In this document: one piece after another, positions 50,537 to 63,827 of the stretch | How the letters are laid out: every line of letters starts with the position of its first letter | Numbering within the stretch: the first letter of the stretch is position 1 | Assembly: GCF_006345805.1 (NCBI RefSeq) | Contig: NC_043016.1 | Coordinates: forward strand, 9,672,001 to 9,736,000 | Source of the DNA: Octopus sinensis | Lineage: Eukaryota | Reading direction: 5' to 3' | DNA: 64,000 nt | The notes under the pieces: generated by a model | The model's input: only the letters and a program-made list of their open reading frames with translations | What the model was told of the DNA's origin: nothing | Databases searched by the model: none | Translations under genes and position numbers: made by a program

Positions 50537-50755
50537 TCTGTGTTTTTGTGTCTGTGTTTGTTTCCCCAATATCCCATGACAACCGATGCTGGTGTGTTTA
50601 CGTCTCCGTAACTTAGTGGTTCGGCAAAAGAGAACGATAGAATAAGTACTAGGCTTACAATGAATAAGTCCTGGGGTCGATTTGCTCGACTAAAGGCGGT
50701 GCTCCAGCATGGCCACAGTCAAATGACTGAAACAAGTAAAAGAGTAAAAGAGAGT
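50367..50755 (+). mobile_element. T1 SINE with internal head deletion between two gtggc microhomologies
   Basis: gtaggcgcaggagtggc joins directly to accttgggcaag. Confidence 0.85.
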
Positions 50756-50819
50756 ATACTGGTGTTGCTCAAAATTGCTGGCCTTGTGCCAAAATTTGAA
50801 GCAAACATCATCATCATCA

Positions 50820-51780
50820 TCATCAAGGTGGTTAGCTGGTTGGCATCATCAGCATGTTGGACAAGATGCTTAGTGATATTTCATCTTTTTTTTTTGTTGT
50901 TCTCTGAGTTCAAACTAAGCTGAGTTCGACTTAAACCTGTCATCCTTTCAGGGGTTGATGAAATCAGTATTTGCTGAGCACAGAGGTCAATGTAATCAAC
51001 TAGGCCCCTTCTCACCAAAATTTCAGACCTCTTGTGTCCATAGCAGAAAGAATCTTCTTCTTCTTCTTCTTCTTCTTCTTTCTTCTTCTTCTTTCTTCTT
51101 CTTCTTTCTTCTTCTTCTTTCTTTCTTTCTTCTTCTCTTCTCCTCCTTCCTCCCTCATCTCCCCCCCCCTCCCCCCATCCTCTTCTGTTAAAATTTCGGT
51201 TAAGTAATGAAGTGAATTTATTGAGTAAACTCTAGTCAGAGTTTAGATCCTTGTGCCTAATTTAAAAACTATTATTATAATTATTATTGTTGTTGTTGTT
51301 AAGGTAGAATCATTAGCACACAAGGCAAACTGCTTAGCTGTATTTCTTCTGCATTTTATGTTCTGAGTTCAAATACTGCCAAGGTTACCTTTCCGCTTTT
51401 CATCCAGCCAAGTTGTTTTTTATGTTCTGAGTTCAGATTTTGCTGAGGTCAGCTTCACCTTTCATCCTTTATGGGGGTCAATAAAATAACCACTACTTGA
51501 ACACTGGGGTCAATGTAATTAACTTATTCTCTTCTCCAAATTTTCTGGCCTTGTGCCAAAATTTGAAACCATGGCAAGCTGGCAGAATCGTTAGCACACT
51601 GGGCAAAACGCTTAGCAGCATTTCATCCATCCTTATGTTCTGAGTTCAAATTCTACTGAGATCGACTTTACCTGGCATTCTTTCAGGGTTGTTCAATTAA
51701 GTACCAGTGAAACACTGAGGATCGATGTAAACAATTTACCCCCAAATTTCAGGCCTTCTGCCTATAGTAAAAAGGATTAT
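50820..51780 (+). mobile_element. Three tandemly oriented, degenerate family-D SINEs
   Basis: gttctgagttcaaa..catccttt..gggt motifs at ~50900, ~51360-51420 and ~51640. Confidence 0.7.
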
Positions 51781-52060
51781 TAAGCCTACCAACTATTGCG
51801 TATTTAGCTGGTGTGTTAACAATAACAACAACTACAAAAAATGCAACCCCCCCCCCAAAAAAAAAAAAAAAAAAAAAAAAACAAAAAAAAAAAACAAAAA
51901 AAAACAAACAATATGAATGGACTAATGGGTTCGGATATGGAAGGAAGAAAAAAATTGCGAAGCCAGGAAAAAAAATAAATGAATGTTTATAAAATAGACA
52001 AACACAAGAATAAATGAAATATAAACACAACTAATAGAATTGTCATTCTATCTTGTGAAG

Positions 52061-52092
<32 letters not shown>

Positions 52093-52113
52093 TGGGTCGT
52101 AGTATTATGTATG

Positions 52114-52145
<32 letters not shown>

Positions 52146-53249
52146 TGTATGTATGTATGTGTGTATGTATGTTGTGGTGTATGTATGTGTGTATGTATAT
52201 ATGTATGTATGTATGTATGTATGTGTGTGGGTGTGTGTATGTATGTGTGTGTGTATGTAGATATGTATGTATGTATGTATATGTGTGTGTGTATGTATGT
52301 ATGTATGTATCTACGTAGTACATACGATATGTATGTATGTGTATGTTATGTATGTATGTATGTATGTATGTATCTACGTAAGTACATAGTATGTATGTAT
52401 GTATGAATGTATGTATGTATGTATGTATGTAGTATGTATGTATGTACGCATGTACGTACGTATGTATGTATGTATGTATATATATATATTATATATATTA
52501 ATATATATATATATATATATATATATCAATGTTCTTTTATTGCTGTCATTGTTAAGTGAATGAAAAATCTGAGTACATGCCGGGTAAATGGTGTTTTGTG
52601 TCTTTTGTCAAAGATATTCAAGAATTGCATATGCGAAGCTGTTAGTTATTAACTTCATGTACCATTTACCGTTTCAGCGGGTGGAGGAAACAAATTGGAG
52701 CAATTATTATCTCTTACATGCATGAGTATGTAGGCATTGTTTATGCTTTGTGGGTGGTAAAATTGTAGTTATATGCTCTACATAGTTTATATGTTTGTGA
52801 AGGATGACGTAAGTAAATGATGTGTGTGTGTGTGTGTGTGTGCGCACACACACACACACACACACACATATTATAATATATATATATATATTATGTAGAT
52901 AGCTGGCTATATAATACAACATGCATAATACATATATATATACATACACATCATAATACATATATATATTATACACACACACATACATATATTATATATA
53001 TATCTATATATATATATACATACATACACACACACATATGTATGTATATGTATATTTGCATATATATATATATGTATGTATATTATGTATATATATATAT
53101 AGGTATATATGTTTAAAATATTCAGGGTGGTTTATAAATTGTTTTACCATCATGTAGGCACACACACACATACGCACGCACACATATGTATATACATACA
53201 CATACATAAGTATGTATATATATATATATATACATACACACACACACAC

Positions 53250-53292
<43 letters not shown>

Positions 53293-53556
53293 TGGATATA
53301 TAGCCACACACACACACATATATAAATTATTTTACCATATGTATATCTATATATAAATGGTAAAAATTGTAAAATCATTTATGGGCCAAAATGTATATTA
53401 TGTGTGTGTATGTGGCCATATATAGGCCACCACATATGTGTGTATATATGTGCATACACATATACATACACACATATCCACACACACTGACGCACATATC
53501 CACACATACATTTGTAAACAAAAGAGAGTGGTTTGTGCAAAGATGCTTTATTGCAT

Positions 53557-53597
53557 AATACTACAATTGTTTCGTCAACACTTTAACATCAGATGTT
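53557..53597 (-). ncRNA. Degenerate hammerhead-like motif
   Basis: CTGAT-GTTAA-AGTG-TTGAC-GAA-ACAATTGT-A; G8/A9 missing; AATAAA follows. Confidence 0.35.
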
Positions 53598-54089
53598 TAC
53601 AGAAATATCTACTATAATAATACTCTTGTGTATTTCTCTGTCACAACATATAGATGAGAAAGGAGGGGGTGATGGCAAACTGGTAGTGGGAGCGTTTCAA
53701 CTCTGTATGTGTATATGTGTGTGTATGTAAAAGGGAGGTATGTGAATGTTTGTGTGTGTGTGTGTATGAGAGTGTGCAATGGAAGTTGGATGGTGAACAT
53801 TCAACACTGAAAAGAAAACTCAAGCAGCGTTTCAACTCTGTGTGAGTATGTGTGTGCGTGTACAAAGGAAGTATGTGAATGTTTGCATGTGTGAACCAGC
53901 GTTCTTTCAGTGACAAACGATGATTGATGTCACATCTCAAAAGACAATCACTAGATAACATTGATAACCATCCATATTTATATATAAAATACTACAATTA
54001 ATCGTGATATTTGACAGCACAGGGCCAGCTAGTTTTTATATAATACATAATATTTCAGCAAATATGTATGCATATGTGTGTGTGTGTAT

Positions 54090-54122
<33 letters not shown>

Positions 54123-54129
54123 TCAAACA

Positions 54130-55330
54130 AGGTCGTTGCCAAAAAAATATTCGAGCAAGGTCATTGCCAGTGCCGCTGGACTGGCTCCTGTGCAGGTGGC
54201 ACATAAAAAGCACCATTTGAGCAAGGTTGTTGCCAGTGCTGTCTGACTAGCCCTCGTGCCGGTGGCATGTAAGAGCACCCACTACACTCCTGGAGTGGTT
54301 GGCGTTAGGAAGGGCATCCAGCTGTAGAAACTCTGCCAGATCATGATTAGAGCCTGGTGCAGCCATCTGGTTTGCCAGACCTCAATCATACAACCCATGC
54401 TAGCATGGAAAGCGGACGCTAAACGATGATGATGATGGTGATGATGATATATATATCATCATCATCATCATCATCGCTTAACATCTGCTTTCTATGTGGG
54501 CATGGGTTAGACGGTTTGACTGGAACTATTGAACTGGAGATCTGCACCAGATTCCAGTCTGAATTTGACTTGGCTTCTATAACTGGATGCCTTTCCTAAT
54601 GCCAACCACTCCGAGAGTGTAACGGGTGCCCCTTATACATGTCACTGGCATGGCTGCTTTTATGTGTAACTGGCACAGAAGCTGTCACATGTCACAATTA
54701 TGGTTTCACTTCGCTTGATTGCCAAAGGTCACGATCACTTATCATCCCCACCCACAAGACCCAACATGTGAAGATCATGCTTCACCACTTTGTCCCACGT
54801 CTTCCTGGGTCTACCTCCTCCACACTTAGAGATCAGTACTTCTTAACACAGCTGTTCTCATCCACACACATCACATGACCATACCATACTTGTAATAATA
54901 ATAATAATAATGTTCGTCCTTCGGGTTCGAAGATGACCATTGACATCATTTGGTGGAATTGCCTCTCTTGTACAACCACTTCTGATGCCTCTTATGCTCA
55001 ATTTTTCTCTCGAGATGCTTATACACTGTTATATATCTACACTGACTTTACACATTCAGCAGAGCATACTAACTTCATTTCTTTCGCATTTCCTCTGTAG
55101 TCACAGCCAATGTTCCACTGCTGTGTATGTAGCATAATTGTTCACACACAAGTGTCATAAAATCTGCCTTTCATTCTGAGGGAGATACCCTTTGTTACCA
55201 ACAAAAGCAGCTGCTCTCTGAACTTTGCCCAGCCTATTGTTATTCTAGCAGCTACACTCTTGGAGCACCCCCCCCCCCCATTGCTACTAACTTGGTCACC
55301 TAGATAACAAAAGCTATCATCTACTTTTAG
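54130..55330. mobile_element. Tail-to-tail RTE 3' ends (54130-54450 +; 54456-54680 -) followed by an old RTE ORF remnant (54700-55330 -)
   Basis: DSFCYLGDQVSS..AARITIGWAKFREQLLLLVTKGISLRMKGRFYDTCV. Confidence 0.8.
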
Positions 55331-55747
55331 GCATCACCCCCAACCCCACGGAATTTGATAGAGCCTATTTTCTGTATATTTGTAGTGTTTATTGTACCTG
55401 TGCATCTGCCACAGTGAAGGTACATGGCTCTAGAGCGTCGAGCTTACTGTTGAGAGGTTGTGAGCTGGAATCCTGGACCGGGCTCTGAGTTGTGTTCTTG
55501 AGCAAGACACTTTATTTCACGTTGCTTCAGTTCCCTCAGCTGTAGTAATGAGTTGCAACGTCACAGGTTGCCTTTCCCTTGGATAACACTGGTATGCATG
55601 GGCGACTTCTGGTCTTCCATAAACAACCTTGCCCGGACTTGTGCCTTGAAGGGTAACTTTCTAGGTGCAATCCCATGGTCTGTGTCTAATAAATATAAAT
55701 AAATATAAGTTCTAAATGATACAGTGCATGATGATGATGACGATGAC

Positions 55748-55782
<35 letters not shown>

Positions 55783-55929
55783 GGAGGAGGAGGAGGAGGA
55801 GGAGGAGGCCAATAAAGAACAATTGGCTGTTTCTATGGGATAACTTACTGAAAGCTATGAACTGGATGTACGGATAGCATTAGGCACCAGCTAGACAAAA
55901 ATAATAATAATAATAATAATAACAGGGTG

Positions 55930-56720
55930 GTGTAATATCACCATGGACAGAGCCATAACATCTAAAAGATTAGCCTGGTAAAAAATGGAAGAAAGTGCTA
56001 GTAAAGTGGAATAACATGTTGCTAGAAGAGAAGCTAGGCTTCAAGTATATACAGCAGAGCAAAAACTGAAAGAGGGGTGATGTTGTTATTTGGTGTTTGG
56101 GAAATCAGAGATGTGAGAAGTTGTGAATTGCAAGGGTGAATGAAGATGTTGTTTGGGAGTAAGTAGATCTGAAATGATAATGGTACACTATTATAAGTCA
56201 ATGATGAGAAGATAGCGATCTGGAGATGTCACTATAAGGGATTGTTGAATGTGGAAATGAGAGGAAGAAGATCTTCCTGAAGTTTGACCAGCTGTGGGAC
56301 CAAGCTAGCAAGGTAGGTCATCATCATCATCATTGTTCGACCGTGGTCGGGACAATGGAATTTACCATGCTATGCCAGACTTCACGGCCCATCATAGCAT
56401 TATGGAGGTCCTGTTGCTGGATGCCTGTATCCTTGGAGATTACATCAGGGTAGGAGAGTGTGCACCCTCTGGTATTGCGAGTAGATGGCTTCCAGACGAG
56501 AAGAGTAGAAATTGCAAGGTAGGTAGTTAAAAGGTCAAAATGACTGTTAAGTATATGAAGTCAAGCAAAGCAAGTGGTCCATCTGCTATATATAGACACT
56601 GAAAACATCAGGTGAAATAGAAGTTATGGAAGGAAGTGTCATACCTAAGGACTTGTATAACAATATGATCATTGACTGTTACATGAACAAACAAGATGCT
56701 CTTATGAAGGTCACTCCTGG
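55930..56720 (+). mobile_element. Old RTE EN-RT linker/RT-start remnant
   Basis: WWCN.TMDRAITSKRLAW..VARREAR; MKSSKASGPSAI..IPKDLYNNMIIDCYMNKQDAL. Confidence 0.55.
56319..56513 (-). mobile_element. Short 5'-truncated RTE-type insertion with (ATG)n tail and 11-bp TSD
   Basis: TSD gcaaggtaggt (56308-56318, 56514-56524); LLVWKP..DVISKDTG..LHNAMMGREVWHSMV. Confidence 0.85.
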
Positions 56721-56779
56721 CTCTCGCTGTTCATGTAACTGTGTGCTACCATTTGTTGGTATGCTACAAAACTAGTCCG

Positions 56780-57500
56780 GGAACTTTTTGATACCACCTT
56801 GTAGATTATGTCATATTTCTGTGGAAAACATTAAACATGTGATTTGCAGCTGCCCAAAAATGTTGACAAACTATTACCTCTCAATGCGGTATGACATTGC
56901 AAAAATGTCATCCAGAAAAAAAAAGACTGTCACCCAGAAAAAGAACTGTCCTGGAATAAATAGAGAACCCCACTGCTATTGAATACATATGCAAACATCA
57001 GCTCAAGGAATACTGGTGGGACATTCCCATCAAAACATCTGTTGAGTGTAAACATAACAGGCCAGATATTGTTGTTTGGGACAGACAGGAAAAAATATAT
57101 AGTGTCCCAGAGGTCAGCTGAGCTGCTGATGTGAATATCTCTTTGAAAATCAAAAAGAAAGAAGATAAATATGGACACAACTGCTTCAAAACCTCCAGCT
57201 TCTAATATTCGGATTACAAATTTATATTTATAACAATAATAATTGGTTCACTTGGTTTTGTAAGCAAATACCTAACTGTCAGTCTGGATAAGCTTGGATA
57301 GTCACAAAAAGAAATCAACTGATTCGCACATAACAAATACAATCTGTAATCAGAACAGTGAAGCTATGCTAGAATTTTCTCAGGTTTAAAATGTGACATT
57401 GTTTTTGCTATCGACATTCCAATGATAGAGCTTTGTATCTTTGTAAGAATCCACCTCCTTCTTTTGAGAAAGAATTTAAATAATGAAAAACAGAAGAGAA
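56780..57500 (+). mobile_element. R4/Dong-like RLE remnant (third copy); a fourth fragment lies at 58350-58600
   Basis: CRLCHISVENIKHVICSC, EYWWDIPIKTSVECKHNRPDIVVWD, KKEDKY. Confidence 0.8.
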
Positions 57501-57530
57501 CACACATACATACATACATACATACATACA

Positions 57531-57562
<32 letters not shown>

Positions 57563-57596
57563 AGAGACCAAAGTGTACGCATGCTGCTATATGTTT

Positions 57597-57925
57597 TATA
57601 TATAAAAAATATAAAATGGGACAAGAACGCAAAACATCCAGGCAGTTAGGTGATACAAAAAAGGAACAACAAAACATCCAGATAGACGATACAAAGAAAA
57701 CAAAGATGGGTCATTCAGAGTTTTCTTTCCTCAGTCGAGTTCCAGATAATCTTTGCAATTTTGGCTGGTTATACTTCAGATTGCTCCAATCTGGCCAACC
57801 CCAAGGAAAAACTAAGCTAAGAGCATTAGATTCTTTGGAAGAAAGCAGCAAAGTCCCTTTTTTGTATCACCGAACTGTCAGGATGTTTTGCTTTCTTGTC
57901 CCATTTTGTATTTTTTATATATAAT
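57597..57925. mobile_element. Element with ~70-bp inverted ends; interior homologous to 28195-28370 (opposite strand)
   Basis: aaaatgggacaagaacgcaaaacatcc..ggtgatacaaaaaagg versus its near reverse complement at 57855-57925. Confidence 0.7.
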
Positions 57926-59237
57926 GCATACATGCATACATACACATGCATAGATGCATGCATACATGCACAGATGCGTGTTGTGCATGCATGCATGCAC
58001 ATGTATGCACACATACATGCATACACACATACTCATACATACATACATGCATTACATACACACATACATATATACAGACATACACATACATATATACATA
58101 TATAGATACATACACATGCACGGATGCATGAATGCATACATGCATGCTATGAATGCACATGTATGCACACATGCACGCACATACGTACATGCACACACAT
58201 ACATACAAACACACACCAACACATACACATACATACGTACATATGTACATATGTATCAACACACACACATATACAACACATACACACACACACACATACA
58301 CACACATACACACACACACTCACACATATATACATGGATACATACATACATGAAAGTTAAAGATCAGCAAGGAAGGAAAAACTTATGCTGAATTATTGAA
58401 AAATTTACGGGTACTCTGCATAGATTACAAGTTCAGATTTATACCCATAATTATTGGGGTACTATGATATATAAGAAATGGCTTAGAAATTAGTCTTCTC
58501 AAAACCAAATGGGAGAAAGTTAATAAGAGGATTACAGATACAAACCATCGATGGAACTGTCAAAATATGCAAAACTTTTCAAAAGTTTAGCATATAATTT
58601 CAGATGTATGCATCATGACAAGCAAAGGTATGTATGAGTATACACTCATAAACCAAAACATGCACATCTGCACATTTACGCAGTTCATATAACTGCACAC
58701 ATTCACACGTACGTGTATACATCATACTTACAATATATAATTGTGATACTGTTACAAAATGTGTTTATTTTCACGTTCGTTCAGCAGCTGGTGGGGTGGG
58801 GTCTGACAAAAACCACCCACCTAGTCAGGCTGGCTTGGTGGGGGTTGCTGGTTTAGTCACCGATGGCTTAACCATGTGACAGGTTGTACTGGCTTACATG
58901 TTGCTCGTAAGTGTGACTTGACATACATATGTGCATACGCTGGCATATATATACATATACGCACATACATACATAATACATACATGCATGCATATAAACA
59001 CACATGCATATGCCAGTATATACATGTATACATGCACATACATACATGTATGCATACATACATGTATGCATACATACATACATGCATGCATGCATGCATA
59101 CATTAACATATACATACATACATGCATATGCATATATATATATATATATACATACATGCATACATATATATATACATAGAACAGACGTTAAATGATGATG
59201 ATGATGATGATGCATATATACATATACACATACAGAT

Positions 59238-59268
<31 letters not shown>

Positions 59269-59288
59269 AATGCATATTATATATATAT

Positions 59289-59325
<37 letters not shown>

Positions 59326-59351
59326 GCATATACATATATGCATATACATAT

Positions 59352-59418
<67 letters not shown>

Positions 59419-60119
59419 TATATATACACGCACATACATATACATATATGCATGTATTCACACAGTTGCACATACATATATAACCACCACACCACATGCA
59501 AGATATCATAAATATGTAAATATATTTGTACACACACACACTCACTCACTCACACACACATGCACACACCACACGCACGCACGCACACACACGCACGCAC
59601 ACACATTTTACGCAATCACATACACACGCCACATATGTAGGAAATTATAAATGTTGTCACGTAATATACTTTTTTCCATCTGTTTATAATCATCAAAGAC
59701 AATAAAAATTATTACAAAAAAAAAAAAACTAAAACAAATTCCTCATACTTTTCAAAGAGTTTTTTTTTTTTTTTTACAAATATCTTTTTCTTCCTCTATT
59801 TTCTTGCACTTGTTTCATTTATCGGAGTGTGGCCATACTGGGGCACCTGTTTGAAGAGTTTTAGTCGAATGAAATGACACTGGTGCTTCTTTACCTTTTA
59901 AGTCGGGAACTTATTTTAACAGTCTCTTTTGTTGAGCTGTTAAGTTATGAGGACATAAACAAACCAGCACAGCTTATCAAGAAGTAAAGGGATGGTGAGG
60001 GTGGTGGTACAAATGCAGACACAAAGGCACACACAATTAGATATACATACATATATCTATCTATCTTTCTATATAAATACACACACACACACACACACGC
60101 ACATACTTAGTCTGAACTG

Positions 60120-60390
60120 TTGCCATAGTAATGAAGCTAAAGCATGCAGAGTGAAACTAACTCGCCACAAATTGACCTTGAACTCTGCTGTGCATGTGCA
60201 CTAAGTGTTAACATTCTAGCTCACACCCACTGTTTACAGCAGTACTTGGAAGGAAGGTGTGTAGTGTGTGATCGTCGCATTGACCATGACAGAAAATGTT
60301 GAGCAGAGAATCTTCCTCAAATTTTGCTGAACTCTTGGCGATACCTGCTCAGAGGCCTACGCAAAGTTTTCAAAAGATTTCTTTGTTCTC
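60120..60390 (+). mobile_element. mariner transposase 5' remnant (pseudogene)
   Basis: ATG at 60286: MTENVEQRIFLKFC*TLGDTCSEAYAKF, like the mariner N-terminus EQRxxIKFCxxLG. Confidence 0.7.
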
Positions 60391-60741
60391 GACACAATTA
60401 AGGAGATCTTGTGCAACTGAAACCCAAGTGTCTCTTTGGTTCTCTCCTCTCCCTCCCTCTCCTCCTCTCCTCCCTCTATTTCCTCCTCATCCTCTCCTCC
60501 CTCTCTCTTCCCTCCTCCTCCTCCTCACTTACTCGCCCTCTCCTCCTACCCCTTCTCCTTCCTCTCATCATTATCATCATCACAATCCTCGCCATCTCAC
60601 ACAATCACCGCCGCCACCACCTACACCACCACCACCACCACCACCACCACCACTGCTGCTGCCGCACTACGACAATGGCTATGACGACAACGATGATGAG
60701 TACGATGACGATGACGATGACGACTACCAAACACCAACACC

Positions 60742-60773
<32 letters not shown>

Positions 60774-60785
60774 CAACAACAACAA

Positions 60786-60816
<31 letters not shown>

Positions 60817-61184
60817 TGCAAAAACAACTACAACAGTTTCCTCCTCCACCTCCTCCACCTCCTCATCATCGTCATGAATATCATCCGATTCATCTTGGCA
60901 GAAACGGTCTGGATTAAGGCAAGAAGATGGAAATGATCAGTCAGCATCAATTCAACAAATATGGCTTCTTCTTAACATCCTTCACAAAAGTACATTTTTG
61001 CTAACCGTGATCTTAATTTCGAATAAATAGAGTGAAGTAGTCTTACAAAATGAATATTACTGTTTACCAAGTCGACCGACATCACCAACTTTTCCGTTTC
61101 CAATAAAACTGTGCTGCCACCTGATCGTGTAATCCTCTCTGTAGTAAATGTTCCTAACAAATCAACATCATCAATTTCTCTCTA

Positions 61185-61233
<49 letters not shown>

Positions 61234-61312
61234 TTACCACCACCACTACCACTACTACCACCACCACCACCGCCTCCACCACCGTCACCATGTTTTATGA
61301 TGTCATGTAGGG

Positions 61313-61615
61313 CTGTGTTTCTTAAACTACCTGATGTTGTGTACCAGCAGTATTTTTTTCCAATGTGCCAGGGACTGGTAATATTTCTCTGTAATATTAA
61401 TTTATACTGGAAACAATATATATATATAAGGAATATAATAAAAGTTGATAATCTTTTTTATCTCATATTTATTTTGTAAACAAATAATACAATATTAAAT
61501 AAGCATTTTATAAGCATTTTATAATGTTTCTTTCTTTTCTGGAAACTCGCCACGTACTGGCAGCTAATGGCTTGTGGACTGGCACTGGTCCACAGACCAA
61601 CTTCGAGTGGCATTG
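61313..61615. mobile_element. hAT (Charlie/MER3-like) MITE
   Basis: Exact 8-bp TSD atgtaggg; degenerate CAGTG-type TIRs. Confidence 0.75.
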
Positions 61616-62243
61616 ATGTAGGGTATTGAACTACCAGCAGATTGAGATTCTCCTGAGACTGTTACAGTTTGCTCGCTTTTACAGTATGTGACCATTACGA
61701 GGTGAATGAGATTGTCTCTAATCTGTTGGCTGTGAAGGTGCATGGCTTGGTGTTTAGCATATTTGGCTCATGATCATAAGGTCATGAGATCAATACCCAG
61801 TCATGCATCATGTCCTTGAGCAATATACTTTATTTCACATTGCTCCAGTCCATTCAGCTGGCAAAAATGTTTGGTGTCTGTTACTGAAAGGGTCAGCCTT
61901 GTCACATTCTGTATCACACTGAATCTCCATAAGGGTACACATGTCTGTGGAGTGCTCAGCCACTTGCACATTAATTTCATGAACAGGCTGTTCCGTTGAT
62001 CAGGTCAGCTGGAGTAAGTATCATAGTAACTGATGGAGTGCCTGTTAAGCTCATTAAGTGATAGAAAGAGAGCCAAAAGCACATGGTAAGAGGGTTCAGT
62101 TAGCAAGCTGAGTGTTCAAGTTTCATCATTGCCAAGACAGTTTTGAGTAATGGTGAGTTGTGCTTGCTAAAATAGGGTGTGGGAGCCATCATTTGCATGA
62201 TCTGTTGGGATTTACAGGGTGTTCAGCAGAGAAAGAGTGCATA

Positions 62244-62644
62244 TCTTTATATATAAAAGTGAAGTTGTGTGTCTGTCTCCTACGATTTAGATTCCTAACT
62301 ACTCCCACATTTTGCAGTGCAGTGTAACCAAAAGTGGGTATCTTATAGTCGTGATTCATATCAAGCCCTTCTGGGTATTAGCGTGCGTCTACGATGAGTC
62401 TACGATTTAAAAAAATATTTACCATCATTTTTTTCCATTTTAATGCATTTTTTTCGCTATTATATAAGGGAAGTAACTCTCTAAAAATGTCTACGATGAG
62501 TCAACGATTTAAAAAAAAAATTTACCATAATTTTTTTTCCATTTTTAATGCATTTTTTTCACTATTTTTTGGCTATAACTCTCTAAAAATGCTTATATAG
62601 TTATTTCCCTTACAAACCCGAGCAACGCCGGGCGATACTGCTAG
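62244..62644 (+). mobile_element. Non-autonomous Helitron-like element (short subfamily)
   Basis: A|TC...CTAG|T termini, same hairpin; highly similar to 37521-37918. Confidence 0.9.
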
Positions 62645-62977
62645 TATAATATATTATAGTGACGAGAGAGACATTTAATAAAGTAACAAAAATAACACTC
62701 ATTTGTTTTGCTTAAACTTTGCACATTTGTTTGATGAGATTGTCACGAGAAATGAGTAAAAAAAATACTATGTTCATAAGGATCCAGTGCCAAATATGGT
62801 CAACTACCTGCTGCTTTCAGAAGTTATTGAGAGAGGGAGAGAGAGATGTGTATATATACATTCATATATATATATATATACACACACACATACACATGTC
62901 TTCTTACTCTCCTAGAGGATTTAAGTAAAATTATACAAATGTGTCCGACTGATTAAATAAATTCTATCTATTTATTT

Positions 62978-63066
62978 ATGCAGCTGAGGATATCTCTGCA
63001 TTTTAAATTGATGTATTGATTGCATTGTTCAATTAAATGGAGTTGCATGAAACGATCGTACTGCAT
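62978..63066 (+). ncRNA. Type-I hammerhead ribozyme candidate with intact core
   Basis: ATGCAG-CTGAGGA-(58-nt imperfect stem II)-GAA-ACGATCGT-A-CTGCAT; 6-bp stem I, 8-nt palindromic stem III, GUA triplet. Confidence 0.7.
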
Positions 63067-63098
63067 TACCTCTGGATATCCTGTTGCTTGTTTTGATA

Positions 63099-63510
63099 TT
63101 TACTTTACTTTTACTTTTACTTGTTTCAGTCATTTGACTGCGGCCATGCTGGAGCACCGCCTTTAGTCGAGCAAATCGACCCCGGGACTTATTCTTTGTA
63201 AGCCCAGTACTTATTCTATCGGTCTCTTTTGCCGAACTGCTAAGTGACGGGGACGTAAACACACCAGCATCGGTTGTCAAGCAATGCTAGGGGGACAAAC
63301 ACAGACACACAAACATACACACATACATATATATATGCATATATACGACAGGCTTCTTTCAGTTTCCGTCTACCAAATCCACTCACAAGGCATTGGTCGG
63401 CCTGGGGCTGTAGTAGAAGGCACTTGCCCAAGATGCTACGCAGTGGGACTGAACCAGGAACCATGTGGTTGGTTATCAAGCTACTTACCACACAGCCACT
63501 CCTGCGCCTA
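63099..63510 (-). mobile_element. Full-length T1 SINE (reference copy)
   Basis: Head ggcgcaggagtggctgtgtggtaagtag..ggttcagtcccactgc, CORE-like centre, internal (TA/CA)n, (GTAAAA)n tail. Confidence 0.9.
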
Positions 63511-63771
63511 TAAAGCCACTCCTGCGCCTATAAAGCCACTCCTGCGCCTATATGTATATATATATATATATATATCATCAATGTCATCATGGCATGGGTT
63601 GGATGGTTTGAGAGAAGCTGGCCAGGCAGGAGCCCGCACCAGACTTCTGTGTCTGTTTTTGTGTTTCAAGATATATTTTTATGTAATCTTGGTAAATATA
63701 TCTGTTAAAATGGGAAGTCAGTGTTGTTTTCATTTTTGCGTAATTTACACGACAATTTATTCACCACACCC

Positions 63772-63827
<56 letters not shown>

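Noticed and set aside
52583-52670. pre-miRNA-like hairpin (ggtaaatggt/accatttacc)
   Set aside because: Only about 10 bp pair, with a large unpaired interior.
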